This document shows positions 50,461 to 60,109 of a stretch of DNA of 64,000 bases, in pieces. This DNA comes from Puniceicoccaceae bacterium (GTDB lineage Bacteria > Verrucomicrobiota > Verrucomicrobiia > Opitutales > JAFGAQ01). Each line of letters starts with the position of its first letter. The first letter of the stretch is position 1. The position numbers were made by a program, and so were the translations under genes. The stretch covers positions 414 through 64,413 of the forward strand of contig JBEGIR010000026.1 in the NCBI GenBank assembly GCA_040224245.1, in the 5' to 3' direction. Below the pieces are notes generated by a model that worked only from the letters and a program-made list of their open reading frames with translations, was not told where the DNA came from and made no database searches.

Positions 50461-51558
50461 TCAGATTCCCAAATTCTGCATCAATTCCACCATGGGTAGA
50501 AAGAGAGCAATCACCAGAAACCCAATGCTGAATGCCAGAAGGAGTATCAAGGCAGGTTCGAGCAGGGTCAGGAGATGGTCGAGGCGCTCTTCAACCTCCG
50601 TTTCAAACAGCTGAGCAATTTCGGTCAGCATGGAAGCCAGAGAACCCGTTGTTTCACCGACATGCACCATGCCTGCAAACGCTTCCGGCATGCGTTCATC
50701 CCGTTCCAGGCACAGTGCAATCGAACGGCCATCGCGGACCTGCTTTCGCAGCTTGTGCATGCTCTGCTCCAAAACGCGGTTTTGAAGGGTCGCCGATGCA
50801 GTTTCCAACGCCTCAAGCATGGGGACTGCACTTTCCAGCAAGGTTGCCAGACAGTGACAGAAACGAGCAAGAGCAGTTTTTTTGCGAAGATCCCCAAACA
50901 CGGGGAGCGCAAGAACCAGAGCATCCCACCGCTCCCGAAAGGACTCCACCCTGAGAAGAAATCCGACAAGCGGCAAAGCAAAGAAAAGTCCTGCGATACC
51001 CCAGCCTATATGGGAGGACACCCCATCGCTCACATCGATGACCCATTGTGTCATTCCGGGCAAACGAGCACCCTGAAGCATATTGCTGAACATTTCCTCA
51101 AATTGTGGAACCACCCACACCAACATTGCTCCCACTATGCTCAGCGAAGCCGCCAATACGACTGCCGGGTAAACCATTGCAGAGCGCAGTCTGCCGTACA
51201 TGCGTACTCGATGGGAGTCATAGCGAGCCAAGCGTTCCAACACCGAACTGAGGACCCCTGCACGCTCACCGGCAACAATCAACCCCACATACATGGGACC
51301 AAAGACTCGAGGCCAAACCCTCAGCGACGCCGAAAAGCTCTGCCCATGCTCGAGCATGTGAATCTGCTCCGTCACGATTCTGTTCATCGCTCCTTTCGAA
51401 TGCTGGCGCTGCAGAATTTGAAGGGCCTGAACAATGGGCACACCCGCTTTCAGCAAAGCTGCAAGCTGCTTGGAATACAGGGCGATCAGATTGGTCGGAA
51501 TGCGCAACCGCTCGCGCGATGACGCAAACCATGCAATGTGGGACAAGGCACGGAGCAT
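50461..51558 (-). CDS. Type II secretion / type IV pilus platform protein (GspF/PilC family)
   Basis: Two T2SSF repeats (LAALLKAGVPIVQAL...; LATLLESAVPMLEAL...), three TM segments and a C-terminal LPMVELMQNLG. Confidence 0.9.
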   Translation of the reverse strand: MLRALSHIAWFASSRERLRIPTNLIALYSKQLAALLKAGVPIVQALQILQRQHSKGAMNRIVTEQIHMLEHGQSFSASLRVWPRVFGPMYVGLIVAGERAGVLSSVLERLARYDSHRVRMYGRLRSAMVYPAVVLAASLSIVGAMLVWVVPQFEEMFSNMLQGARLPGMTQWVIDVSDGVSSHIGWGIAGLFFALPLVGFLLRVESFRERWDALVLALPVFGDLRKKTALARFCHCLATLLESAVPMLEALETASATLQNRVLEQSMHKLRKQVRDGRSIALCLERDERMPEAFAGMVHVGETTGSLASMLTEIAQLFETEVEERLDHLLTLLEPALILLLAFSIGFLVIALFLPMVELMQNLGI

Positions 51559-51688
51559 GAGGAGATGAACTGGAGGGTCCGCAAGGAGGCGAAAACCTCA
51601 CTGCACCTGAAAGGCGGCTTATGGGCAAGTGCAAAGACCTTCGCTATCCGTTATTTGTATTTCGCCATTGCAGATTCGCTGCATCAGC

Positions 51689-53425
51689 TCACAAGGAATA
51701 ACGCCAATCAATCAGTGTGGCCTGGGGATAACCTCGCCCTTTCCATTCATGCCATTTGAGGTGAAACAGAATATCCAACGGGTAGCGGCTCTCGGGGATT
51801 CGGGAGGGAAATCCCCACCCAAGGCACATCAGATCATAGTCCATTCCCCACAAACTCACCCAACACTTAAAATTGTCCGCTCCAAACCGGGACACACGCG
51901 AGGCGAGCTGAGCTCCCCGCATTGCGAGCACCGGATCCGGGTTTCCCACCCCAAACGGTCCCAGGCGGCGCAGTTCTGCCATGAACGGCAGCGTCAAATC
52001 CGCAGCCTGCACCCACGCGTCCACTTCGACACTCATCGGTTCCACAGGTTGGCACTGCTCACCTGAAGGATCGACCTGAACAGTGATCGCTTTCGAAAAG
52101 GTTCTCCGGAACACATCAAGGTTTTCCGGTCGCACGCTTAACCCTGCCGCCATGGGATGACCACCCCAACTCTCAAGATAATCCTCGCACTGAGCCAATG
52201 CATCGATGATGTTCACCCCTTCGATACTGCGGGCAGATCCCCTGGCCAAATCCCCTTCCAATCCCAGCACAACGGTCGGTACACCAAACTGTCTCGCGAT
52301 TCGACTGGCTACAATGCCAACCACGCCGGAATGCCATTGGGAATCGTAGAGCACTACAGACTCGTGTGGACTCTTGCGAGAGAGATAACTGATCGCCTGC
52401 TCATGCATCTCCCGCTCGGTCGACTGGCGGTCCTGATTGAGCGAATCCAGCTCGTGAGCGAACTTGACACACGCACTGTACTGCTGACAGGTCAGCAGGT
52501 TCACGGAAGTCGTTGCATCGGCCATGCGCCCGCCCGCGTTGATTCGCGGACCGATCTTGAAACTCACGTCGCTGACATCGAGATCCTGCCCATAAGGAAG
52601 TCCGCACACATCCATCAGCGCCTGAAGCCCCATGTTCTTGCTCTTGCTCATGCGGTGCAGTCCATGACTCACCAATACCCGATTCTCACCCGTCAGTGGG
52701 ACCAAATCGGTCACCGTACCCAGTGCCACCAGATCGAGTTGATCCTTGAGGCTCAACGCATCAGCGGCCGTATGACCGGAAGACCTCAGGCGCATTAGCA
52801 ACGCTTGCATGAGCTTGAACGTCAGTGCCACCGTACAAAGCATGATCGCTTCCTGCGCTTCGTCAGGATAGAGGTGCGGATTCACAATAATCGCTTCCGG
52901 ATGCACTGTTGATCGCACTTGATGGTGGTCGATGATGAGCACATCGAGTCCGTGTTCACGCAGTGCCTCGATTGACTCCCGATCATTGCTGCCACAATCC
53001 AGCGTCACGACGAGATCAAAATCCGCCTTATCGTGCAACAGACGCGACTGCACAAGTCCGAGGCTTAGGCCGACTCCATCATCGGATCGCTTGGGGACCG
53101 AGTGATGCGGCTCCAAGCCCAATTCCCGCATGACGTTGACAAAGAGGGCGGTGCTGGTCACCCCATCCACATCGTAATCCCCCAGCACAAATACGCGTTC
53201 CTGTTTCTGAATTGCCTGGATGAGCCGCTGCACGGCCTTCTCCACACCCGGAATGCTGAAAGGACTGGCCAACTGGGACAAACGGGGCTGAAGAAAGCGT
53301 TTCACGGTCTTCAGGGATGCCGTTTGCCGACGCGCCAGGAGCACTGCGGTGGTACGGCTGAGGCCGAACTCCTTCATCAGAAGTTCGGCCCGTTCGTTAT
53401 CAAAGGCCTTGAGGGTCCAACTCAA
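51689..53425 (-). CDS. recJ: Single-stranded-DNA-specific exonuclease RecJ
   Basis: DHH motifs (GDYDVDGVTS, LVVTLDCGS, IIDHH) and the DHHA1 GGHPMAAG motif. Confidence 0.93.
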   Translation of the reverse strand: MSWTLKAFDNERAELLMKEFGLSRTTAVLLARRQTASLKTVKRFLQPRLSQLASPFSIPGVEKAVQRLIQAIQKQERVFVLGDYDVDGVTSTALFVNVMRELGLEPHHSVPKRSDDGVGLSLGLVQSRLLHDKADFDLVVTLDCGSNDRESIEALREHGLDVLIIDHHQVRSTVHPEAIIVNPHLYPDEAQEAIMLCTVALTFKLMQALLMRLRSSGHTAADALSLKDQLDLVALGTVTDLVPLTGENRVLVSHGLHRMSKSKNMGLQALMDVCGLPYGQDLDVSDVSFKIGPRINAGGRMADATTSVNLLTCQQYSACVKFAHELDSLNQDRQSTEREMHEQAISYLSRKSPHESVVLYDSQWHSGVVGIVASRIARQFGVPTVVLGLEGDLARGSARSIEGVNIIDALAQCEDYLESWGGHPMAAGLSVRPENLDVFRRTFSKAITVQVDPSGEQCQPVEPMSVEVDAWVQAADLTLPFMAELRRLGPFGVGNPDPVLAMRGAQLASRVSRFGADNFKCWVSLWGMDYDLMCLGWGFPSRIPESRYPLDILFHLKWHEWKGRGYPQATLIDWRYSL

Positions 53426-53441
53426 TCAACCGGACTCCCTC

Positions 53442-56018
53442 TCATTCTTCAGCGCTTTTGGAAGACGCCTGCCAATCGTATTTGGGAAGAATTTCCCGCT
53501 CTTCGACATGCTTGCGATCCCCCTTGTGCCACCAGTAAAAGATCGGGCTGGCAATGAAGATGGAAGAAAAGGTTCCAGTGAGAATGCCCACCATGAACAC
53601 GAAGGCAAAATCCTTGATCACCCCTGCACCAAAAATGAAGAGAACCAGGGCGGCCAGCAGCGTGGTCAAACTGGTCAGTACGGTGCGGGCGAGCACCCGA
53701 TTGATTGACATTCGAATCACATCCCAAAGCGATGCATCGGGGTTGAGTCCAAGTTCCTCACGAATGCGGTCAAAGACCACAATGGTATCATTGATTGAAT
53801 ACCCGAGAATCATCAGCACGGCCGCAATCATCGGTGAAGTAAACTGGCCACCGAAAAGTACAAAGATCCCGAGTGTCATGAGAACGTCATGAACCGTCGC
53901 AACAACTGCACCGACACCATATCCCACCTCAAAACGCACAGCGACATAGAGCAAAATGCCGATCAGGGCGATGGTGATTGACAGGATCGCCTTGCGCTGG
54001 ATTTCCCCGCTCACCGATGCACCGATCTGGGTTTCACCCAAAAGTTCAAGTCCACGGTCGGGAAACGCGAGGGACAACGCCTCAAAGTATTCAACACCTC
54101 GGTTGGGTTCGGTTTGCACCTTGATCAGGGAGGTGTCGTCCCCAATCAGATTCTGATAGATCGCATTGACCTCACCAAAATTTCCCTTTTGCGCAATATC
54201 CTGAAACTCCGCCATGGAAACTTGTTCCTGATATCCCACGGTCAGTTCATCTCCCCCCACAAAGTCGATACCAAAAATATGCTCGTGGTGGAAGACCAGC
54301 CACCCGGAACCGAACAGCACGATGCTCCATGAAATCACGAATGCAGGCACTCGCAGCTTGAGAAAATCGATATTCGTCCGACCGATCAGGTTCAAGCCGA
54401 GGATGCGCTTTACCTTGATACCATCCACCAGCACATCGAGTACCAGACGACTGATCACCAAGGCGCAAAACATGGAAGCACCAATACCAATCGCCAACGT
54501 GACCCCAAATCCCTTCACCGGCCCGGTGCCCAGGTAGATCAAAATCACCGCAGTGATCATCGTGGTAACGTTTGCGTCCACGATGGTGGAAAGTGCCTTG
54601 TCAAAACCACCCTTCAATGCAACCGATGGACTCTTGCCCGCCTGGAGTTCTTCGCGAATACGCTCGAAGATGAGAATGTTCGCATCCACGGCCATGCCGA
54701 TCGTCAATACCAGCGCGGCCACTCCCGGAAGCGTCATGGTGGCACCAAGGCTCGCAAGAATGCCAATGAGGATGATGATATTACAGCTCACTGCGATCAC
54801 TGCCGCCAGACCTGCCAGCCAGTAATAAAGGATCATGAATCCTACCACAAGTGCAGCACCCAGAAGTGCCGCCTTCACGCTGGCATCTCGTGCATCCTGC
54901 GCAAGCGAGGGTCCGACTTCCGACATTTCGGCAACCTCAAGTTCCACCGCCAGCGGATTGTTGAGCACGTTGGCCAGTTCAATCGCCTCGCGCTGCGAAA
55001 AGTTGCCCGAAATCACGGCACTGCCGCCACCGATGCGCTCGCGCACAGTCGGAGCACTGTAGAGTTTTCCGTCCAGCACAATTGCCAGCTGTCCGGTGCT
55101 TTGGCGTCCAGTCTGACTGTAAATTTCCTGATTTTCCTGTGCAATGCGTCCGGTGAGTTCAGCAAAACGGTCTGCACCTTCCGACGTAAAACTGAGACGA
55201 ATCTCGTAACCACCTGTCTGGTTCATGGCCGGAAATGCCTGATCCAGAATATCGCCAGTGGCCTCGGGAATCCGCTTGATGAAATAGGGAACAAAGGTGA
55301 TGTCTCCCGTTGCGGGATCTTCAATCTCCTGCACCATGCGAACATATCCGGGAGGGGAAGATTCGTTGGGATTGTTGGGATTGGGAAATTCGGTGCGGTG
55401 GACCAGTTTGAACTCCAGGCGAGCTGGCTTTTTCACAGCGTCAACCACATCTGGATTCTGACGCAGGTCCAGGCCGGGCATTTGTACTTCGATGCGGTTG
55501 TCACCCACAGCACGGATGAGCGGTTCCGATACCCCCAAACCATCGATACGGTTGGCCATGATGTCGATTGCCTTGGAAAGTTCCTCCTGGCGAAGGTATG
55601 CATCCCCAGACTCCCCGGCAGGCTGACTCATTGCAAGGGTGAACGAAACCCCGCCCTCAAGATCGAGTCCACGCTTCAACTTCCCTTTTGACTTCCCATA
55701 CAGGTATTTCAGCAAAACCTCGTTGCGGTGACTGAGGTTGCGAATGTCACGCAAATTCACGTGAGGAAAATATTTCGCAAAGTCAGTCTCTTCCTGATCG
55801 CCGAGTTGGCGCAGCGCGATGTAAACTGAAGGCACTTCCCCGGCTTCCACCCGCTGTTCGGCGGCATCAAGAATCTGATTAAACTCCTCCTGGTGTGCAC
55901 TGACGTGCTTCGACAGGTAGGTCGAGAAGTCAATATCATTGAAAGGAAGGAAACTGATGACCGACCAGACCAGTATCGCGAGCGATATGCCTAGTTTCCA
56001 AAGCGTTTTTGTTATCAT
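53442..56018 (-). CDS. secDF: Protein translocase subunit SecDF (fusion)
   Basis: SecD periplasmic domain plus 6 TM (GLDLEGG, AVDANILIFERIREE), then the SecF half (INDTIVVFDRIRE). Confidence 0.95.
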   Translation of the reverse strand: MITKTLWKLGISLAILVWSVISFLPFNDIDFSTYLSKHVSAHQEEFNQILDAAEQRVEAGEVPSVYIALRQLGDQEETDFAKYFPHVNLRDIRNLSHRNEVLLKYLYGKSKGKLKRGLDLEGGVSFTLAMSQPAGESGDAYLRQEELSKAIDIMANRIDGLGVSEPLIRAVGDNRIEVQMPGLDLRQNPDVVDAVKKPARLEFKLVHRTEFPNPNNPNESSPPGYVRMVQEIEDPATGDITFVPYFIKRIPEATGDILDQAFPAMNQTGGYEIRLSFTSEGADRFAELTGRIAQENQEIYSQTGRQSTGQLAIVLDGKLYSAPTVRERIGGGSAVISGNFSQREAIELANVLNNPLAVELEVAEMSEVGPSLAQDARDASVKAALLGAALVVGFMILYYWLAGLAAVIAVSCNIIILIGILASLGATMTLPGVAALVLTIGMAVDANILIFERIREELQAGKSPSVALKGGFDKALSTIVDANVTTMITAVILIYLGTGPVKGFGVTLAIGIGASMFCALVISRLVLDVLVDGIKVKRILGLNLIGRTNIDFLKLRVPAFVISWSIVLFGSGWLVFHHEHIFGIDFVGGDELTVGYQEQVSMAEFQDIAQKGNFGEVNAIYQNLIGDDTSLIKVQTEPNRGVEYFEALSLAFPDRGLELLGETQIGASVSGEIQRKAILSITIALIGILLYVAVRFEVGYGVGAVVATVHDVLMTLGIFVLFGGQFTSPMIAAVLMILGYSINDTIVVFDRIREELGLNPDASLWDVIRMSINRVLARTVLTSLTTLLAALVLFIFGAGVIKDFAFVFMVGILTGTFSSIFIASPIFYWWHKGDRKHVEEREILPKYDWQASSKSAEE

Positions 56019-56056
56019 TGAATAGGGTTTTGAATTTGCAAAGGGGATGCTGCGAA

Positions 56057-56407
56057 TCAGGACTTTTTCTCGGTACTGGTGCGCACAATCTTCTGATGCA
56101 CGTAGGAAGGATTCATCTCAACCTTGGTGTTTTCAGCAATCGACACCACGATCCGGTCATTCTTGACACTGGTAACCTTGCCAAAAATTCCCGATGCAGT
56201 CATCACTTCGTCACCTGCCTTAAGTTCCTTCACCATTTTTTCGTGCTCATTCTGCTTCTTGCGTTGAGGTGCAATCAGCAGAAAATACATGCCTCCGAAA
56301 AGCAGCACAATGAAACCGATCTGAAACATGGGGTTGGGTTGTGAAGCAGGTGCTCCCTGCTGTGCCAGAAAAATGCTGGACTGTAGAATATCGAATGAAC
56401 CAATCAT
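56057..56407 (-). CDS. yajC: Preprotein translocase subunit YajC
   Basis: Single TM followed by YFLLIAPQRKKQNEHEKMVKELKAGDEV.T.SGI.G.V. Lies upstream of secDF. Confidence 0.9.
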   Translation of the reverse strand: MIGSFDILQSSIFLAQQGAPASQPNPMFQIGFIVLLFGGMYFLLIAPQRKKQNEHEKMVKELKAGDEVMTASGIFGKVTSVKNDRIVVSIAENTKVEMNPSYVHQKIVRTSTEKKS

Positions 56408-56659
56408 AATGTAATAAAAAGCGAAAATTTGAACCCTCCACCGAATCCAAAGTCAAGATTTAAGGAGGAGGGAAGCCAAGTTCTGCAACGATGCAACGCG
56501 ATTACACCGAACGAGATGCAACAGCCCCTGCCTGGCACTGAGCCAACACTCCCATCCCATTACGAGAGATTTGGGTTCTCTGATTCTCACCCCGTCAAAA
56601 AGAAGGGTTGATTTTGCCTTGGCATTACTTCCATGCTCTGAACCGGTCAATCGTATCCC

Positions 56660-57514
56660 ATGAATGCCATGCTCGAAACGTCCCGCGCAGTCAACTACTG
56701 GACTCACGACCTGAGTCCCTTTCTGGTTCAATTTCCGGACGCTTGGCCCTGGCCTCTAGGCGGCAACGGTATCCGGTGGTACGGACTAGCCTACATCGCC
56801 GGATTTGCCATCGCTTACCTGCTCTTGCTCTGGTATCACCGAAAAAAGCAGTCTCCCTACGGAGCCGCAAGCGTGGCAGATCTCGCAACCTATCTGATTC
56901 TCGGAGTGATGATTGGAGGGCGATTGGGGTTCATGCTGTTTTACGACTTCGAGTTATGGCTGCACGAACCGCTTTCGATTTTCCAAATCTGGCGCGGCGG
57001 CATGTCCAGCCACGGTGGAATGATCGGGGTCACCATTGCGGCGATTCTCTTTGCACGCCAACGCCAACAGAGCGCCTGGCAAATCGGAGACCTGATTGTG
57101 ACCATCACTCCACCTGGACTCATGCTCGGACGGCTTGCCAATTTCATGAACGGCGAACTCTGGGGTAACCCCACAACGGTGCCATGGGCGGTGATTTTTC
57201 CTGAGGCTGATGGATTGCCCCGACATCCCTCCCAGCTCTATCAGGCCGCTACTGAGGGGCTACTGCTGTTCTGCTACATCCAGCTGCGATTCTGGGGCAA
57301 ATTGGGTCCTCGCCCGCTTCCTGGGCAATTGATCGGGGAATTTCTCATCGCCTATTCAATAGTGCGCATTGGCTGCGAGTTTTTCCGCGAGCCGGATGCC
57401 TCGCTGATCCTGGGATTTTCCCGAGGTCAGTTCTATTCCATCGGAACCCTGATCGCAGGAGTGATCGTCATCGGCGTTCTTGTCATCCGCAAGCGATCAA
57501 TCTCCGGTCAGTAG
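56660..57514 (+). CDS. lgt: Prolipoprotein diacylglyceryl transferase
   Basis: IRWYGLAYIAGF, GGRLGFMLFY, IWRGGMSSHGG, GRLANFMNGELWG and HPSQLYQA. Confidence 0.93.
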   Translation: MNAMLETSRAVNYWTHDLSPFLVQFPDAWPWPLGGNGIRWYGLAYIAGFAIAYLLLLWYHRKKQSPYGAASVADLATYLILGVMIGGRLGFMLFYDFELWLHEPLSIFQIWRGGMSSHGGMIGVTIAAILFARQRQQSAWQIGDLIVTITPPGLMLGRLANFMNGELWGNPTTVPWAVIFPEADGLPRHPSQLYQAATEGLLLFCYIQLRFWGKLGPRPLPGQLIGEFLIAYSIVRIGCEFFREPDASLILGFSRGQFYSIGTLIAGVIVIGVLVIRKRSISGQ

Positions 57515-57564
57515 CCGCGCTGTCCTGCAGCAATGGGACGCTCAATGGGGTTCCACCCCCTCTC

Positions 57565-58497
57565 TCAGTCGCGGCTTTGACAGAGCAGGATGGGGATGCG
57601 ACAGTCCCGAATAATGGATTTTCCAATGGGTGTACCCAACCCGTGAAACAAGTGACCACCCCGACTCGCACCAATGACAAGGAGATCTGCCCGGATTCGT
57701 TGAACAGCCTCAATGACCGTTTCATCTTTCGAACCCTGGAGTTTCTCAATCAGAACCTCGGCACCTGCCCGCTGCAACCCCGGAACACTGGCTTCGATTT
57801 CACCCGGAATCCCATCTTCGAAGGTGTGCATCAGGTGAACCTGAAGGCCAGTCGGATCGAGATCACGCTGAAACACATCCATTACAAATCTCCATTTCTG
57901 GTCATCGGCGAGCACACAGGCAACCTTACGAATGGGTTCCCATCGGCGTGATGAAAGCAGACAGGGTACCTGTGCATGCCGGAGAAAACGTCCCAGGTTT
58001 GCACCAAGGTGCTCCTGATCGTAGGAGAAACTGTCACCACGCTTGCCAAAAACCACATGAGAATAGCCTACTCCGCTGGGGTTCAATGCTTCCGAGGGAC
58101 GTCCTCGCCCGACGACAAAATCAAATCGGTCCCGCCACGGGGTTTCCTGAAGCACCTGCTTCACACGTCGTTCCAACTCTTCCAGGAGATCCTGCTCCTG
58201 TTTGTGGATCTCACTGAACAATCCATTGCAAGGTTGCAAACCGATTCCAGCACCCAGCTCATTCACCACAGGAACTTGATACTTCGAAACATCCGCAATA
58301 TGAGTCACGATCAGGCGCTGAGCACCCACCCTGTCTCCCAGCCAGACAGCATGCATGAGCGACGGTTCAGTGTAGTCGGACCCATCAACACAAACCAGGA
58401 TGTTCGCAGCTTTGGAACTCGGCGGTTTCACAACAGGACGGGATTCGGCAGGGTTCTCAGAAGTGGGTGTTTGCGGGCACGATTGCGTCCTTCGCAA
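57565..58497 (-). CDS. Tandem universal-stress-protein (UspA) domain protein
   Basis: Two USP-like halves (ILVCVDGSDY...; ADLLVIGASRGGHLFHGLGTPIGKSIIRDCRIPILLC). The track start overlaps glgC by 41 bp, whereas the in-frame GTG at 58431 avoids the overlap. Confidence 0.75.
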   Translation of the reverse strand: MRRTQSCPQTPTSENPAESRPVVKPPSSKAANILVCVDGSDYTEPSLMHAVWLGDRVGAQRLIVTHIADVSKYQVPVVNELGAGIGLQPCNGLFSEIHKQEQDLLEELERRVKQVLQETPWRDRFDFVVGRGRPSEALNPSGVGYSHVVFGKRGDSFSYDQEHLGANLGRFLRHAQVPCLLSSRRWEPIRKVACVLADDQKWRFVMDVFQRDLDPTGLQVHLMHTFEDGIPGEIEASVPGLQRAGAEVLIEKLQGSKDETVIEAVQRIRADLLVIGASRGGHLFHGLGTPIGKSIIRDCRIPILLCQSRD

Positions 58498-59737
58498 CCA
58501 TCAGAATGCCATCGCGAATGGTGATCCCATTCGGATATTGCCCATCATCTTTCCCCTCAGGACTCAATATCACATTATCCCCCAGTCGCGCATTTTTGTC
58601 GATGATCGCATTCGTGATCACACAGTTGTTGCCAACCCCCAGCCGAGGAATTCCGCGCACAGCCTTGCCTTCATAATCCGACTCGTCTTCATAGCTGTCA
58701 TTGCCCATCATCACAACATTGGTGAACTTCACATTCTCCCCCACAATACTGCGAACACCGACTACACTGCGCCGAATCTCTGCACCACGGATGATGCAAC
58801 CGTCTGCAATCATGGCTCGGTCCACAGTGCTGTTGATGATCACCGATGCAGGCAAAAACCGCGCACGTGTGAAAATGCGGTCATGCGGATCAAAAAAATC
58901 GAAAGGCGGATTTTCATCCGTAAGCTTGAGATTTGCCTCAAAAAACGCCGCTACAGTTCCGATGTCTTCCCAGTACCCATCAAAGATGAAACTCCGCAGT
59001 TTTTTCTTCCCCAACAGATCCGGGATGATTTCCTTCCCAAAATCCGTGTGCTCCGAGTCGAGTGCATCGATCAATACCGGAGCATTGAAGAGATAGATCC
59101 CCATTGAGGCCAGGCAAGCGCGCTCGGATGAATCCCGACCCACGGTTTGCAGTAATTTCTGGCTTACGAGATACTCATTGATCACTGCAGGATCGGTCGG
59201 TTTTTCGACAAATGAACTGATGCTGAAATCATCGTTCGATTTCATCAGGCCAAACCCCGATACTTCTGCTTCGGGAATCGGAGTTGCTGCGATCGTCGCA
59301 TCCGCACCACATGCGCGGTGGTGTTCGATCAATTCGCGAAAATCCATGCGGTAGAGCTGGTCACCGGATAGAATCAGGATCAGGTCCTTCTTGCCCGCAC
59401 CAAAGTGGATCAGATTCTGTCGCACCGCATCAGCTGTCCCTTGATACCAGTTGTCCCCCTTTTCCGTTTGCTCTGCCGACAGGATGTCCACCAAACCACC
59501 GCTAAACGGATCAAAGGAGTAGGTCGCCTGAATGTGACGGTGCAGCGAAGCCGTATTAAACTGCGTCAACACGTAAATTTCATTCAGTCCCGAGTTCAGG
59601 CAATTGCTGATCGGTATATCCACCAACCGGTATTTCCCGGCAAGCGGCACCGCAGGTTTACAACGGGGCTGGGTGAGAGGGTATAGCCGCGTGCCACGTC
59701 CGCCTCCAAGAACGATACTGATGATGCGAGATCTCAT
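58457..59737 (-). CDS. glgC: Glucose-1-phosphate adenylyltransferase
   Basis: LGGGRGTRLYPLT, GKYRLVDIPISNC, WYQGTADAV and a left-handed beta-helix C-terminal domain. Confidence 0.93.
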   Translation of the reverse strand: MRSRIISIVLGGGRGTRLYPLTQPRCKPAVPLAGKYRLVDIPISNCLNSGLNEIYVLTQFNTASLHRHIQATYSFDPFSGGLVDILSAEQTEKGDNWYQGTADAVRQNLIHFGAGKKDLILILSGDQLYRMDFRELIEHHRACGADATIAATPIPEAEVSGFGLMKSNDDFSISSFVEKPTDPAVINEYLVSQKLLQTVGRDSSERACLASMGIYLFNAPVLIDALDSEHTDFGKEIIPDLLGKKKLRSFIFDGYWEDIGTVAAFFEANLKLTDENPPFDFFDPHDRIFTRARFLPASVIINSTVDRAMIADGCIIRGAEIRRSVVGVRSIVGENVKFTNVVMMGNDSYEDESDYEGKAVRGIPRLGVGNNCVITNAIIDKNARLGDNVILSPEGKDDGQYPNGITIRDGILMVAKDAIVPANTHF

Positions 59738-60109
59738 ATTGGGATAATTGGGTTGATGGGTTTAAAGGAACCTCGGGGACCGCTGCCAACACCCGGCAGC
59801 CACATTCAAGCATGGGTCAAGCCTGGCAAATCTTCAACCCATTTTGTCGCGTTTGCAGTAACAATTGCTCTTCCGTTCCCCTCTTTCACATCTGGTGATT
59901 ACGACACGGGGCAACGCCCTTCATCAACTTCATGTTCCACAGGGGCAAACAGTCCATTTATTCACAAAAATAGATTGCTTTAAACAAATGACAGGCAAAG
60001 AGTTAATGTCGTTCTTGACATTTTGCAATGCTACGACATTAGTGAACAACAAGCGGCAGAGCGACAGTGACGCTGCCATTCTTTTTTGGTCTCACCCGAT
60101 TTCCCTACA

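Noticed and set aside
56408-56659. The yajC/lgt divergent region holds three TGCAAC repeats and a TGGCAC-containing stretch, examined as a sigma-54 promoter or small RNA.
   Set aside because: The TGGCAC is not followed by a TTGC element at the required 5-nt spacing, and no stable hairpin or tRNA-like T-arm is present.
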